64,000 bases of DNA, from NCBI GenBank assembly GCA_036172245.1, contig JAYWIR010000010.1, forward strand, positions 248,001 through 312,000, given 5' to 3'. The notes beneath the pieces are model-generated. The model saw only the letters and a program-made list of their open reading frames with translations. It did not search any database and was not told the origin of the DNA. Source of the stretch: Raillietiella orientalis. Taxonomy: Eukaryota. The position numbers and the translations under genes are program-made. This document shows, piece after piece, positions 11,150 to 21,789 of this stretch; within the stretch, counting starts at the first letter, position 1; every line of letters begins with the position of its first letter.

Positions 11150-13890
11150 GATTCTAAAGTACAGGACACGGATGCGGGCAGTCAGGATTGGTACGAACTT
11201 TCTCGAGAATTCTTGATCGTGTTGAATCCAAACCAGAATTCACTTGATGTGGGGCTAGCTCATACGCGCTTAAGAGGGTCGGGTTCCCGCTGGGGTTTCA
11301 GAGGCTGCCCATTTCGATCCCAACTTGTTCATCTTCAGCACATGCATGTGCTGCAGCCTGCCGTGATATTCTCTGCTCCTCACAGTGTTAATGCTTTAAA
11401 TGTCCGAGAAAATGGACGGGAGCGTTATTTCTTCGGGTAAAAACACTAAGAGTGCAAAACGCGCATGGCCCGTTGCTGCGTCAGAGCACAAATTTGATCT
11501 CCAGGAGAGAAAAAAAAAAAAAAAAATGGAAGAAATAAATACAGGAAGAAAACACTTGGAATCAGAGAGTTAGAAAATGAAGTTGTTCGGGAGCTGCTCG
11601 ACGCGCATTCGGGAGAATCGCCTGGTGATGATCTGCTTTCGGGGCATCAGTGGGCAAGCCGACATTCACGTCAAGGAACACGTGGTGGTGTGCAAGAGAA
11701 GGAGTTCTTCGTCCTCGAGGAATTTAGAGATATCTTCCAGGACAAGCTGGGAAGCGAAAAATTATGAATGGATGTGGATCCCGACCTCGATCGAAGAGCC
11801 TGCCAGCTCGCCCGACCCGAGGTAGTTGTGAGGCATCCTGCGTCCGCAAGCTCACAGAATTTTTTGCTTCCATTCTGTCCTCTGTAACCGCTACCCGGTG
11901 ACGTTAACGATGAATTCGGATTTTCAGCTGACCCTTTTTCGATTTCCATCGAAATGCTTCGTTAGCAAGCTTGCAGAAATTTACCTTTGAAAAATTTCTC
12001 ATTGCGTGTTAAGCTGGAACCAACTACTTCTTTTGCACATGAGTGCATGTTCGCACAATGAGAATTCGACTGAAGAGACCATTCCATTTAATGGGAGCTG
12101 CTCGCACTGACCGCGCGACATGCCTGTATATGTACTGACCTCAGAATGAACCAGGAGGAACGACAGGTATAAGTACGTCCAGTGAACTAAAAATGGTGTT
12201 TGCTCACACCAGTGATGCCCTTTTGGCAACCACAGCACGAAACGCCATTGAGGGTGGCCTCATGTAGCATTTCCTTAACCAGATTTTCAAACTTCAGAGT
12301 TTCCTCTACCTTTTTAATATAAGTAACTATGAAACGTGACAATTCCTCACTGTTAAATTGGCCCATCAGCTCTTTGGAAAATAACTGAATGCTTCCCTCC
12401 TCCCAAGCACTTTGTGTACAGCCCTTATTCACTGCTGGAATCAGCCGTCCCCTTTTGCATTAGCACTGCAAGTTCTCGTTGCGGTGTATGAATAAACAGT
12501 GAACCAAGTGATAAGTCAATAAAGCAAGTGTAACCACCTTTGGCATCCCTGGAACTTTTTGTGAATAAAACTTGGAAGTGCTCTCAGCTTCTCCCGATTC
12601 TGAGGGACGTTACTGCTTGCAAACCAAGATTATGGAGCTGATTTGTCTTCCTCAAGTGCTCAGTAATGCCTCCACAGAATTCCGAATTTTTAACCGAGAG
12701 GAGGTTTCCTCAGCTTCCTCGATGATCCCAAGTTTGAGTCTTCTTTCGCTTTACTAAACACTGTTTTCTCCACTTTCATCTTTCACGGGCCTTGCTATTC
12801 TCAGCATCTCTTCAATGACTCGCCATGTCCCTCTTTTCCCATCTTCCAGCTGCTTCCCTTGAATCTTCCATAAACGGAGATTTCTTTGTTCGTACTCGGG
12901 CCCAAGTGAGTTTTCAAGATTCAGCTTATAAACCAGTGATGCTGGACCGTTTGCTTCCACGTTGATGCTAAGGCATCCTAGGGATGAAGAAATGAACTTG
13001 GGGTGCGTCGGAACGTAGGAACCGGGGAACCGTGGTGAGAGACTGCCGCATGCAGTGATCGAATGCTCAAGAGCGCTGCCACAAAGGTAAAAAAGGAAGG
13101 GACCATTTCAGGCTACATATTTTGGTCATAGGGGCAGCGGGTGCATTTCAGGACACTGTTGTCGCAGAACCTCGGCGACTGACCATCGGTCATTTCTTTG
13201 AAGACGGACCCATTCGGGGAATCCGGTGTATCCCCGGGCTAAGAAGGGATTGCGCACGTGACGAAGTAACTGCTATCAGCAAATGCAGTTTGTCTACGTG
13301 AAAAGGGTTGCACACCATTTCGGGTGCACGCGTGTTTTGTGTGAATGCAGGGGGGCATCCATCCAAGAGTTGTGTGAGGGAACCCGTGGTGCACGTGCAA
13401 AGTCACAAACATCCGAGCAGCACGAATTCGATCAAATGCTTTTTCATGCTGGGCAAACCATGGATAAGGACACGACGACGTTCGTATGCATCCAATTTTC
13501 CTTTTTGCAGGTGTAAAGCAGAATTCCACAAAAACTCCCTGCAGGATAGCAGGAGCTACACTTCATGGCATCTTCGTAGTTTAATAGAAATATGCACTGG
13601 CTGTGTTGATGGAGGCAGTTTGGCATCACGTAGCACCCAACAGAACATACGTGTAGAAGTTTTCGCTCCGTTGCACGTATGCCATGCAGAAAAAGACGAA
13701 ATTTTCGGTTCGGCTGCCAACTTTCAATGGGGAGACCAGCAAGAAGGAATCACTTCAGCGTGTCGTTTTTGCTTTGCGGGCGGTTCAAGAAGAACACTTT
13801 CCGAAGACGTCTTTCATACAGTGCTTTCAGCTAATTCCCGGGGGCGGCGATCCAGGAAAGTGTTCGCTTCTCCAGGCGCACAGCAGCATC
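11150..13890 (-). pseudogene. Endogenous viral element, Mononegavirales-like L (CR I-V), decayed
   Basis: QHEKAFDRIRAARMF (13451-13407, motif F), VQPFSRRQT, THPKFISSSL, WKIQGKQLEDGKRGTW (12870-12823; same spacing as VSV motif B WQGQEGGLEGLRQKGW), SGENSV (~12774-12757, motif C QGDNQV), HNLGLQ, MLHEATLNGVS (cf. MLYLDPSIGGVS), LTRNEKF, TSWIEMGS (~11320). Confidence 0.75.
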
Positions 13891-13899
13891 CACGACCTG

Positions 13900-14790
13900 G
13901 ACTGAGGAGGGATGAAAAAGGAGGAGCTCGAGAGCTTGGGAGGAAACTTCTTCCTGGAAAACGCTTCGCCCGGCAACCTCCGGAGGTGGCGGTTTTCTTT
14001 CCCGTTTGAGCTCGGTCTGTGGGCGCGCGGGTATGACGGCGGGCGACCTTTGCGAGCCCGCCAGCTGCAGGCCACACAAAGCAAGGAGGCGCCGAGGAGT
14101 CCAAGAAGGGTTGGACGTGGGAGGAGATGCAAACGGAAGGCCGCCGCCCGCCGGTGGTCGGTGAATCCGAGCACCACCGCACCACGCTTTCGCGAGCGAC
14201 TGCGCATTTCGGATGCTCGGGGCTGTCTGCGTTTCGCCCGAGTGCATGCCCCTACGCCGGCTGGGGGAGAGGGGGGGGGGGGAAGGAAGCAACCGCTGCC
14301 GCCACCACCACCACCACCAGAACCACCACCGCTCTCAGGTGCACACAGGTTGGCAGGAGGGCGCGTTTTGGGGACGAAGGGGGGGGGGGAGGGTGCGGAG
14401 TTTCGTGGCGATGCGCCGATGGGGCCGAGGGAAGTGTCTGATAGCAGTGCCTCCAGTTCCTTCCCCCCCCTCCCCCTTTCTTTTCTGGCCTCTCCGAAAG
14501 CAGACGTAGGTCGTTGTAGGGTTGTGGGCCCAGTGCGCGTCGAAAATGCTCGGACGTTGAAATGTGAATGGTGTTTACGTATCTGCCGGAAAGTTTTTCC
14601 CGGTCGTGAAAAGCAGCTGCGGTTCGTCCTAACCGTCGCGTTCACTCCGAAACGGAGAGGTAAAATGGGGGGGGGGGGGGGGGAAAGGTCGATCTTGTGG
14701 GGAAAGTTCGTTTTTTCACGTGCGTCGAAACGTCGAAACCGAATAAATTTAGCACAGATTTGACAGTTTGCTAAACGAAGTCGTAACCAG
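13900..14790. promoter_or_regulatory. Candidate promoter/5' exon region of CCDC6 (possibly bidirectional with DNAJC12)
   Basis: GC/CpG-rich stretch between divergently oriented genes. It ends at a good plus-strand donor CCA|GTAAGC (14790), exactly where AT-rich, CpG-poor intron-like sequence begins. No transcript evidence. Confidence 0.35.
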
Positions 14791-16623
14791 TAAGCTAAAT
14801 GCTGGCTAGTTTTATGAAAGGGAGTTGTGATTGACCCTGAATGATGTGGCTGGGTAATGGTAAAAGTGCATGGCAGGTTGACATGAGAATGTTCTGAGCC
14901 CTTCACGAAAAAAGGCAAGTGCTATCAGCTTCTGAAACAAAAGAGTCCTACAAAATACGTATTTAAAGACGAAATTTACGTTACTGCATGCGTTCTTGTT
15001 TTCAGTTAATTGTAATCATTTGTGGGCATTCCAATCCGAACCTTAGTGAAACAAAAGAAACACATATCCTCAGGCAAAATTTTCAATTTGACTTTTAGAA
15101 ATAAGCCCGAAAAACTTTAGTTTGATAAAGTACTGCACACAGTTACTTTTGAAATTAAAAGTATGGTAGAACTATCATGGAAGCCTCATATGTCTTGTCT
15201 TATTCACATTTAAAAACACAATGTTAGTTTAACTCAGTTATTATTAGTTATTTTGCTGGTAAACTCAGGTTTTGATAAAATATACCAAAAAATCCGGATA
15301 GTTAATAAACACGTGAATAACCACATCAATTTTATAAATGGAAATGAGTTTCTTTGGATCACATAAAGCAGTTCAAGTGAACCTACTGACTTTATTATTT
15401 GTATACATAAGCATTGCTACATTGGAGTGAATGTATAAATTTATGTATGTATCAACAAATAAAGAAATTGTTTGTTATGTGGATGTGGATTCACTTAAAG
15501 AAACATCAATCTGTGGGCAAATCACAGTTTGAGATCAATAAATCTATCACCATATCAGTCATCCAGTCAGTTTACTCTCTGCTGGCTCTTTCACCCAATT
15601 AAGAATTACATTTTCTATATGATTAAGACATTGTATAATCAGTTACTTTTGAGCAAGTCATTGATAAATAGAGAGCAGCAGCTGTTTTTTGTTTATTAGG
15701 AGTGTTTTATTTATTATAATTATGACTTATTATTTCTGCTTTAAATATTAACAAACTACTAAAGCCAACTTACAAAACAGGTGATGATTAGTTATAAGAT
15801 TACAATATTTACAAGGTGATCTGCAAGTGTTTGATAGATAAGTCTGTTTTCCAGGATAATTAAGTATGCTACAAGTTATTCGTCACAGTAATGTTGGGTA
15901 ACTTTTAAGTAAAAAATGTGATTTTGCAGCAGTCTCTGCCATGCAACTTGTTAAATGATGCAAGCAGTTTCATTGGACATTTCCATCTTTAGGCTGTTGT
16001 AATCTATGGCAAGTATGGAATTGCAAATTACTAACTTAAATATTTGCATGGTACAAAATGCATGCGTTAAAATGGCTAAATTAGAAACTTATGTTTTTAT
16101 GTCACTTAGTGTGGGAAATTGTAAATAGACTTGTGTGGTGCAAGTTTTTTAAGTAGCCTCAAGTATTAAAGTAATTGTCAGTGATTTGTTCAGTAATATG
16201 TTTTGAAACATACATATTGTTTCATATTATTTTTTGTTGTATTCTTATTGTGTTGAAAGTAATTCCCGAATTCTTTGTTTAGTTATCCTATGATTTGTTT
16301 ATTATTTCTGCAGATCATTAAATTTATTCTTGTGTAAATCAGATCACGAAATGGTTTTCTAGAAATGCCATTTTAGTGTGAATTCTGATCCTAGTTTCTT
16401 GTAGAAAAGCATTTTTTATCAATCTTAAGGTTACAAATTTTAAACACCGACTTTTTCAAAGTTGGCAAGTTGTTTTAAAAGACAAAACTTTATCATTGTA
16501 AGATACTACCACTCATGTTGCAGGACTTGTCCTTGCCTTCTGTAATGAAGGAAAATTGATTTTATTTTTGTTAACATGTAAATGTTTGAATGAAAGTCAG
16601 CTGGAGCCAATCTTTCAGCACAA

Positions 16624-18010
16624 ATGGTAATTCCACCTCCCCCAGTCACTCAAGAACATTTGCAGAAGCGTATTGATTCTTTACAGCAACAGAATCGTGT
16701 GCTTAGTGTTGAATTGGAGACATACAAGTTTCGGGTGCGTGCTCTCCAAGAGGAAAACAAAAATCTCCGTCAAGCTTCTGTTACAATTGCAAGTATTTTT
16801 AGAATTGTACAGCTAAATTGCAATTTTCCTCATAGCAAGCTAAGGCTGAACAAGAAGAAGAGTATATCAGTAATACACTTCTCAAGAAAATCCAGGCATT
16901 GAAAAAAGAGAAGGAGAGCCTTGCAATCAACTATGAACAAGAAGAAGAATGCCTGACGAATGATTTATCACGTAAACTGAATCAGGTATTCCACATAAAT
17001 TGTCAGTCTATCAAATAAAAGATATTAACTTGCAGCTTCGTCAAGAAAAAGTGCAGTTAGAATTAACCTTGGAACAAGAGCAGGAAGCATTGGTGAACAA
17101 GCTGCTCCGACGTATTGAACGTCTGGAAGCAGATATCCAGTCCAAGCAGCAGCATTTAGAACAGCTGAGAAGAGACAAAGTGGAACTCGAGAATACGCTG
17201 GAACAAGAGCAAGAAGCTCTAGTGAATCGCCTTTGGAAAAAAATGGAGAAGTTAGAAGCTGAAAAAAGGTATGCTTTGGAATTGAAGAAGCTTTGTCACA
17301 ACATTTACCAGGATGCTGCAGGCTAAGTTGGAGCAACCTATATCAAACCCTCCATCCCCCCGTACAGAGAACTCAGTTGCTGTAGAAGATGAAGCTGTTA
17401 GTTTAAGTTCACAGATTTATCAGTTGCGTTCTGAAGTGCTGCGTTTGCGAGGCCAGCTAGCACTTGCACAGCGGCAGAGTGTAGAAAAAAGTCATGAATA
17501 TCAAAGAGAAGAAAAGCAAATTCGTGAAGAAAATCTTCGCCTGAAGAGAAAACTCCAGTTGGAGCAGGAGCGAAGGGAAGCTCTTTGCCGTCATCTTTCA
17601 GAATCTGAATCAAGCTTGGAGATGGAGGAAGAGCGCCACTATAATGAGCAAGTAGCCAGTCGTGTGAGGACTAGTTCCAGTCCTTCTACTGGATCAGTGC
17701 AGTCTGGTTCAGGTACTATGATCTTATGCTAATTTTTGATGGGCAGTGTCGATTCTTAGCCATGTCGCATACTCCTTACCATTCTGCTAAGGACAGTTCT
17801 AATCCTACAACTCCTTTGGGTTGTTGCCCATCATGTGGCCAACCCATCATCTATTCCTCATTATTGCCATCAGTTTCTCCTCCCCCTACTTTACCCACGC
17901 ATTCAGTGCTAGGGGATGCTCACAAGATTCATGGCCATCTGCCTCCAGTCCAATCCACAGATTGCGGGATGCGCCCTACCTGCAGCTCCATCATCTCTGG
18001 AACGCTTTAG
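16624..18010 (+). CDS. CCDC6: Coiled-coil domain-containing protein 6 (DUF2046), at least 399 aa; exons 16624-16788, 16836-16985, 17036-17268, 17312-17712, 17760-18010; true start may lie upstream
   Basis: [124 protein letters not shown] are hallmark CCDC6 segments. Introns are 47 (GC-AG), 50, 43 and 47 nt and keep frame. The last exon is less certain. Confidence 0.95.
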
Positions 18011-18150
18011 CCAACTTTCTTATGCTAATTAATGGTTTGTTTGTTTATTCCTGATGAATTTTGTTGCAGCATTTCTGCAGTATTTGCCATGGACATGTTT
18101 TGAGGGCTAGCAGTTTAGAGATTGACTGATTGCAATTCTTATTGAAATTC

Positions 18151-18156
18151 AATAAA
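18151..18156 (+). promoter_or_regulatory. Candidate polyadenylation signal of CCDC6
   Basis: AATAAA 140 nt after the predicted stop, followed by T/GT-rich sequence. Confidence 0.5.
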
Positions 18157-18449
18157 TGGCTTGATTCTTGAAATAGGATTGTTTTCTTTGCAGTGTTCAA
18201 GTGTCATTCGACAGGGCACAGAAAATGTCATCATATTCGCTCCGTTAAAATCGGTTTATCCTATAGTCCGTTAAATGTTTCGATCATTAAAATCGTGGTG
18301 TGTATGCAGGTGAACTTTTCGCATTTCTGTTGGTTGATTTTGTATGCTAACCGGCAACTGTGTGTATTGTGTGTGTTGTGTGATGCAAGAACCTGTAGTG
18401 CGGTTCTGAAGAGTTTTTTTTTTTTTGGCAATTTGTGCCATGTTTCGAA

Positions 18450-19480
18450 CTGCGTTGAAGTGCATTACATTGGTAACTGGCGGCAATCTTTTCGTTCAAT
18501 TACTGATCTGAAAGACGTATCTGTTCGGATCGAAATTCCAAGGCGTGGAGTTCCACGGCTGGAAAAGTGTTTGGCATGGACTTCCAACACTTTGCGTGTT
18601 GTTGTGTGCATTGCGAAGCAGCCTCATACGTCATTTGGATTCGGTTGCAAACCGAAAGCGAGCGACTGGGAATCGGAGGGAGAGGGCGAGGGGAACAACC
18701 TGTGTGTGTTGATCCATCAGCTCAGGGTTGGCTCGAAAAAGGGGGAAAAAAAAATCGAGCACTCGGCTTCCGGGGAGCAACTCGAAAACTGTATCAGAAG
18801 ATGAAAGAAAAAGGGGGGCAACGCTCTTTGCGAAATAACCACGGCAGGAGTGGTCTGTTGGAATTTTCAGGCTGCTCTTCATCACAACGTGGAACTCTCT
18901 GCGACCTTGTGGAATGAAGTTTTGATAATTGCGGCTACTTCATTTTACGTCAGTAGTCGTCTTCCGAAGCATCTGGAACATTTTAATAATACTTGCAGGT
19001 AGGCGTAGTTTCTGTTTTAGTGTTTTTTTTTTTTTTTTTCCCCGAAGGCTGCGCAGGGTTCCACCAAAAGACACGTTGACGGTCAAGTTTACGTCAGTAA
19101 ATTTGCCTTTAACTTTCAAGACTTCACCGTCTGCCGCGAAGATCAGCAGAAGAATTTCGTGATCGATAGGTAAAGCTTTGAAAGACATCGGTGCCAATTC
19201 AGCAGTGGGTGCCATTTCCGAAGCAGAAACGGGGTGGGGGAAGGCACGCAGTGAACAGGGAGGGCTCTGGAAGTGCATTTCTTCGAAAGGAAGGGTAGGC
19301 GAGGGGGCCTTGGGACACGGATGTGGGGAACACACGATGTCGTCGTCGATGCCGACGTGCGTCTCCCATGCAACAGCGAGACGCACGCCAGCCAAAGAGA
19401 GGAGGAGTGTGGGAAACCTCCATGCAAGAAGTTCCAAAGCACAGTCGGCAACGAGGAAGCACCACACCCTCGCGTAAGTT
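18450..19480 (+). pseudogene. Endogenous viral element, Mononegavirales-like L (motifs A-E and end of CR III), decayed
   Basis: SITDLKD (~18496, motif A-like), VFGMDF about 22 aa later, LGFRGATRKLY (18761-18793, cf. GGFEGLRQKLW), SGCSSSQ (eroded motif C), PPKDTL..SAAKISRR (19061-19155), SVGNL..ATRKHHTL (~19406-19470). Confidence 0.55.
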
Positions 19481-19599
19481 TTCGGGGGAAAAAAAAGAAG
19501 AGGAGGAAACAAGATCCCGGTAACCAAAAAAGGATACACGTATTGAGATCCGAAAACTTTGAAAAAAAAAAAAAAAGGAAAAGCAAAGCAAGATCCTTC

Positions 19600-20080
19600 C
19601 TCTTTGAAAGAAGCTGAATCAAAAGCACAACAACAACAAAGATATCGATGCAAGCTGGCTCTGATGCAGCTACTTGAAACACGGCGATCCAGGTAGCTTT
19701 CTTTCTTTCTTCCCCCTTTGAAATTTCGTAATCATCGCTTCTACTGATAAACGAAATTGGTTCTTTCAGGGCTGTGGACCCCCGAGGAAACGAAATCATT
19801 TGGTGGGAATGGAGTTCCTGGAACAGTGAGACCAAAACAGATTCCATCGGGAAGTGTAGGAGAACGCGTGTGTACCAGTCGTGATCTTGCGTGAGCGAGT
19901 TTGAACCCTCGCTCTGCTGATGCTTGCTTCCGAGTACCAGGAAGCCAAGTGTCTTTGCTTCCTGCCATCTTTGAAGCTTCACGGTTTGGAGCAAGGAGTT
20001 TGTTGAGGACAGCAACGCCGGATAATGAAAGTAAGGTACGGGATGAAATCTCGGATGCAGATGGAAAGGTGAAAGCATCG
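19600..20080 (-). pseudogene. Endogenous viral element, rhabdo-like L CR IV fragment, decayed
   Basis: Within ORF 19143-20078: LSSTNSLLQTVK (cf. VSV MSPANLLKTEVK), WYTRVLLHF (cf. LFPRFLSEF), LVSLFQELHS (cf. LISLFQNSRT), ISRSD (cf. IVRSE), all in the expected order. Confidence 0.6.
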
Positions 20081-20289
20081 CCGAGAGTATTTCAATTTAC
20101 TTACCTACGTACCATTTACCTCAGAAAAGCGAATGTTCCGTTTGTTTCCACATTGCCTGGGAAGGTGAAGAAGAAAAAAATTGTCTTTACGGATCAGAGG
20201 AATTCAAATTCGTGACACATATACAGAAAATCTCACTGCTGTAATGCCAATTTTCTGTTCTCTTTTGGAGAAACTTGTCGCTGCTCCTA

Positions 20290-20950
20290 AGCAACTCTCG
20301 ACGTGGCAACTGGGCGGAAACCTCTAAATTCAAGGGTCATCCGATCTTTGGCGAAAAACGGTCGGCCAGATACTCATGCCCAGTCCATTGCTTTTCGGCA
20401 TTTGAGCTATGAGCTGAAAAGAGGAGCGGGTCAGTGAGAAATGAGCACTTGAGCGTGTTGCACGCACAGAGCTGTGTTTCACTCGTGTGGCCTCGTGTGC
20501 TTTACAGCGGCGAGGTGGACACGCGCAGCAGTGGGATGAGCCAAGGTGCAGGGGACCCACTAAGACGGCAAGGATCAGTTCGTTTTCTCGCAGAGTCTCG
20601 TTTTGGCTCCTCGTCACCGACTCCGTTGTTGCTGCTTAGTACAGCCTTCCCTCCTGCATGAGGAGTCGAAAGCAAATGCCTTTGAATTCATTCGTGCAAA
20701 GGAACGGCATCCAGTTCCTCAACGGAGCATCGAATGATTTTAGCACCAACTCGGGAGCGCCCGCTATCCAGTGAAAGCCCAAACGAGAATCTTCTTCAGC
20801 CACGGAGGACCGAGTCTGCAGGCTCCTAAGCATTTGTCCGTTGTCGCGCTTAACACCTTTATCAAAATGGCATTCTCCGTCAGCCATGTTTCGTTTCGTT
20901 TCCTTGTTTACGGAACACATTTGCAGCCCGATTTTGTCTTCAAGTGGCTC
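20290..20950 (+). pseudogene. Endogenous viral element, rhabdo-like L capping domain (CR V), decayed
   Basis: WRKTVGQILMPSPL (~20348, cf. WGRTVIGTTVPHPL), PRVLYSG (cf. PLPAYLG), QQWD..SFWLLVTDSVVA (cf. QPWE..ISWFVEPDSKLA), GSAR..FSHGG (20753-20809, cf. GSALHR..MSHGG), QPDFVFK (cf. NFDFLFQ). Confidence 0.75.
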
Positions 20951-21129
20951 TTAACGAGAAAGGAAGAGGTGAAAAGGAAAAAAAAAAAAAAAAAAATCAA
21001 TCTGCAATTGTCATCGCGAGTCCCGGAGTAACGTGACAGTTTCTACAACCATGTATTTTCTTCAGCGTTTCGCCACCGTTGCGGTGGCTGGCCCACGTCG
21101 GAACGCGAAAATTGACCTCACGTCGCTCT

Positions 21130-21660
21130 ACCCGTCGTTTTTTCTTTTTTTTAATGTTAGAAGTTCCCATTTGAATTTCGGAATTGTCTGGAATGTGGGG
21201 ACCTGGCGGTGTGTGGAACCAAAAGGATGTGCTTTTTTTGATGGAATTTGTAGAGCCTGGAACAACCATCTACTGTGCGCAAGTCTACTGTGAAGCACTT
21301 TCGAAACTGCGGCGTGGGATGCTGAGGTCAGGGATTGTTCTTCACGACAGCGCGCGCCTTGGCAACGCATGCTGTCCGCACATTTCAGACAATCCAGAAA
21401 TTCAAATGGGGACTTTTTGATCGCCCACCTTACAGTCCTGCCCGGTGACTACCACGTCTTCTTCCTTCCTGCACCTCCAGGAGTGGCTCAACGATCTGAG
21501 GGGGGAGGCAAGGAGTTGAAAACGGCAGTGCTGCTGAAGTGGACGGACTCCCATGCGGCGGAATTTCATGCAGACGCTTTCAAAAACCTTCTTCCACGGT
21601 ATCCAAAGTGTTTGGGAAAAAAAGGAACCACCTCGAAAAATGATATAGGGATGTACGCGT
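21130..21660 (+). mobile_element. Decayed mariner (Tc1/mariner) transposase fragment with a short inverted second fragment at its 5' edge
   Basis: VWNQKDVLFLMEFVEPGTTI..VYCEALSKLRRGMLRSGIVLHDSAR; PGDYHVF..ELKTAV..AAEFHADAFKNLLPRYPKCL. These are mariner catalytic-domain and C-terminal motifs. No TIRs identified. Confidence 0.9.
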
Positions 21661-21789
21661 TTCCAACCGCTCATACATTTTTGTGTCTCTTATTTACTCT
21701 TTCTTTGTATCCGATCCGCCCTTGTGAAATGAGCCTTGTATTTATTTTGATTAGATCTTGTTTGCAGCACGTGCTTTTCCGGGGGCATT

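Noticed and set aside
11999..12432. Possible ZZ zinc-finger host exon (GVSCCGCQKGITG)
   Set aside because: It would need a 21-nt intron, and it is better explained as the DPSIGGVS region of the collinear L EVE.
13827..14918. Long overlapping ORFs (283 aa plus, 363 aa minus) with poly-Pro/Gly
   Set aside because: Low-complexity GC-rich sequence with G/C runs. No CCDC6-like N-terminus or other domain could be assigned.
18940..19591. Minus-strand capping-domain-like matches (SQGPLAY, VSFGG)
   Set aside because: Spacing is wrong, and the plus strand gives a better ordered motif A-E series.
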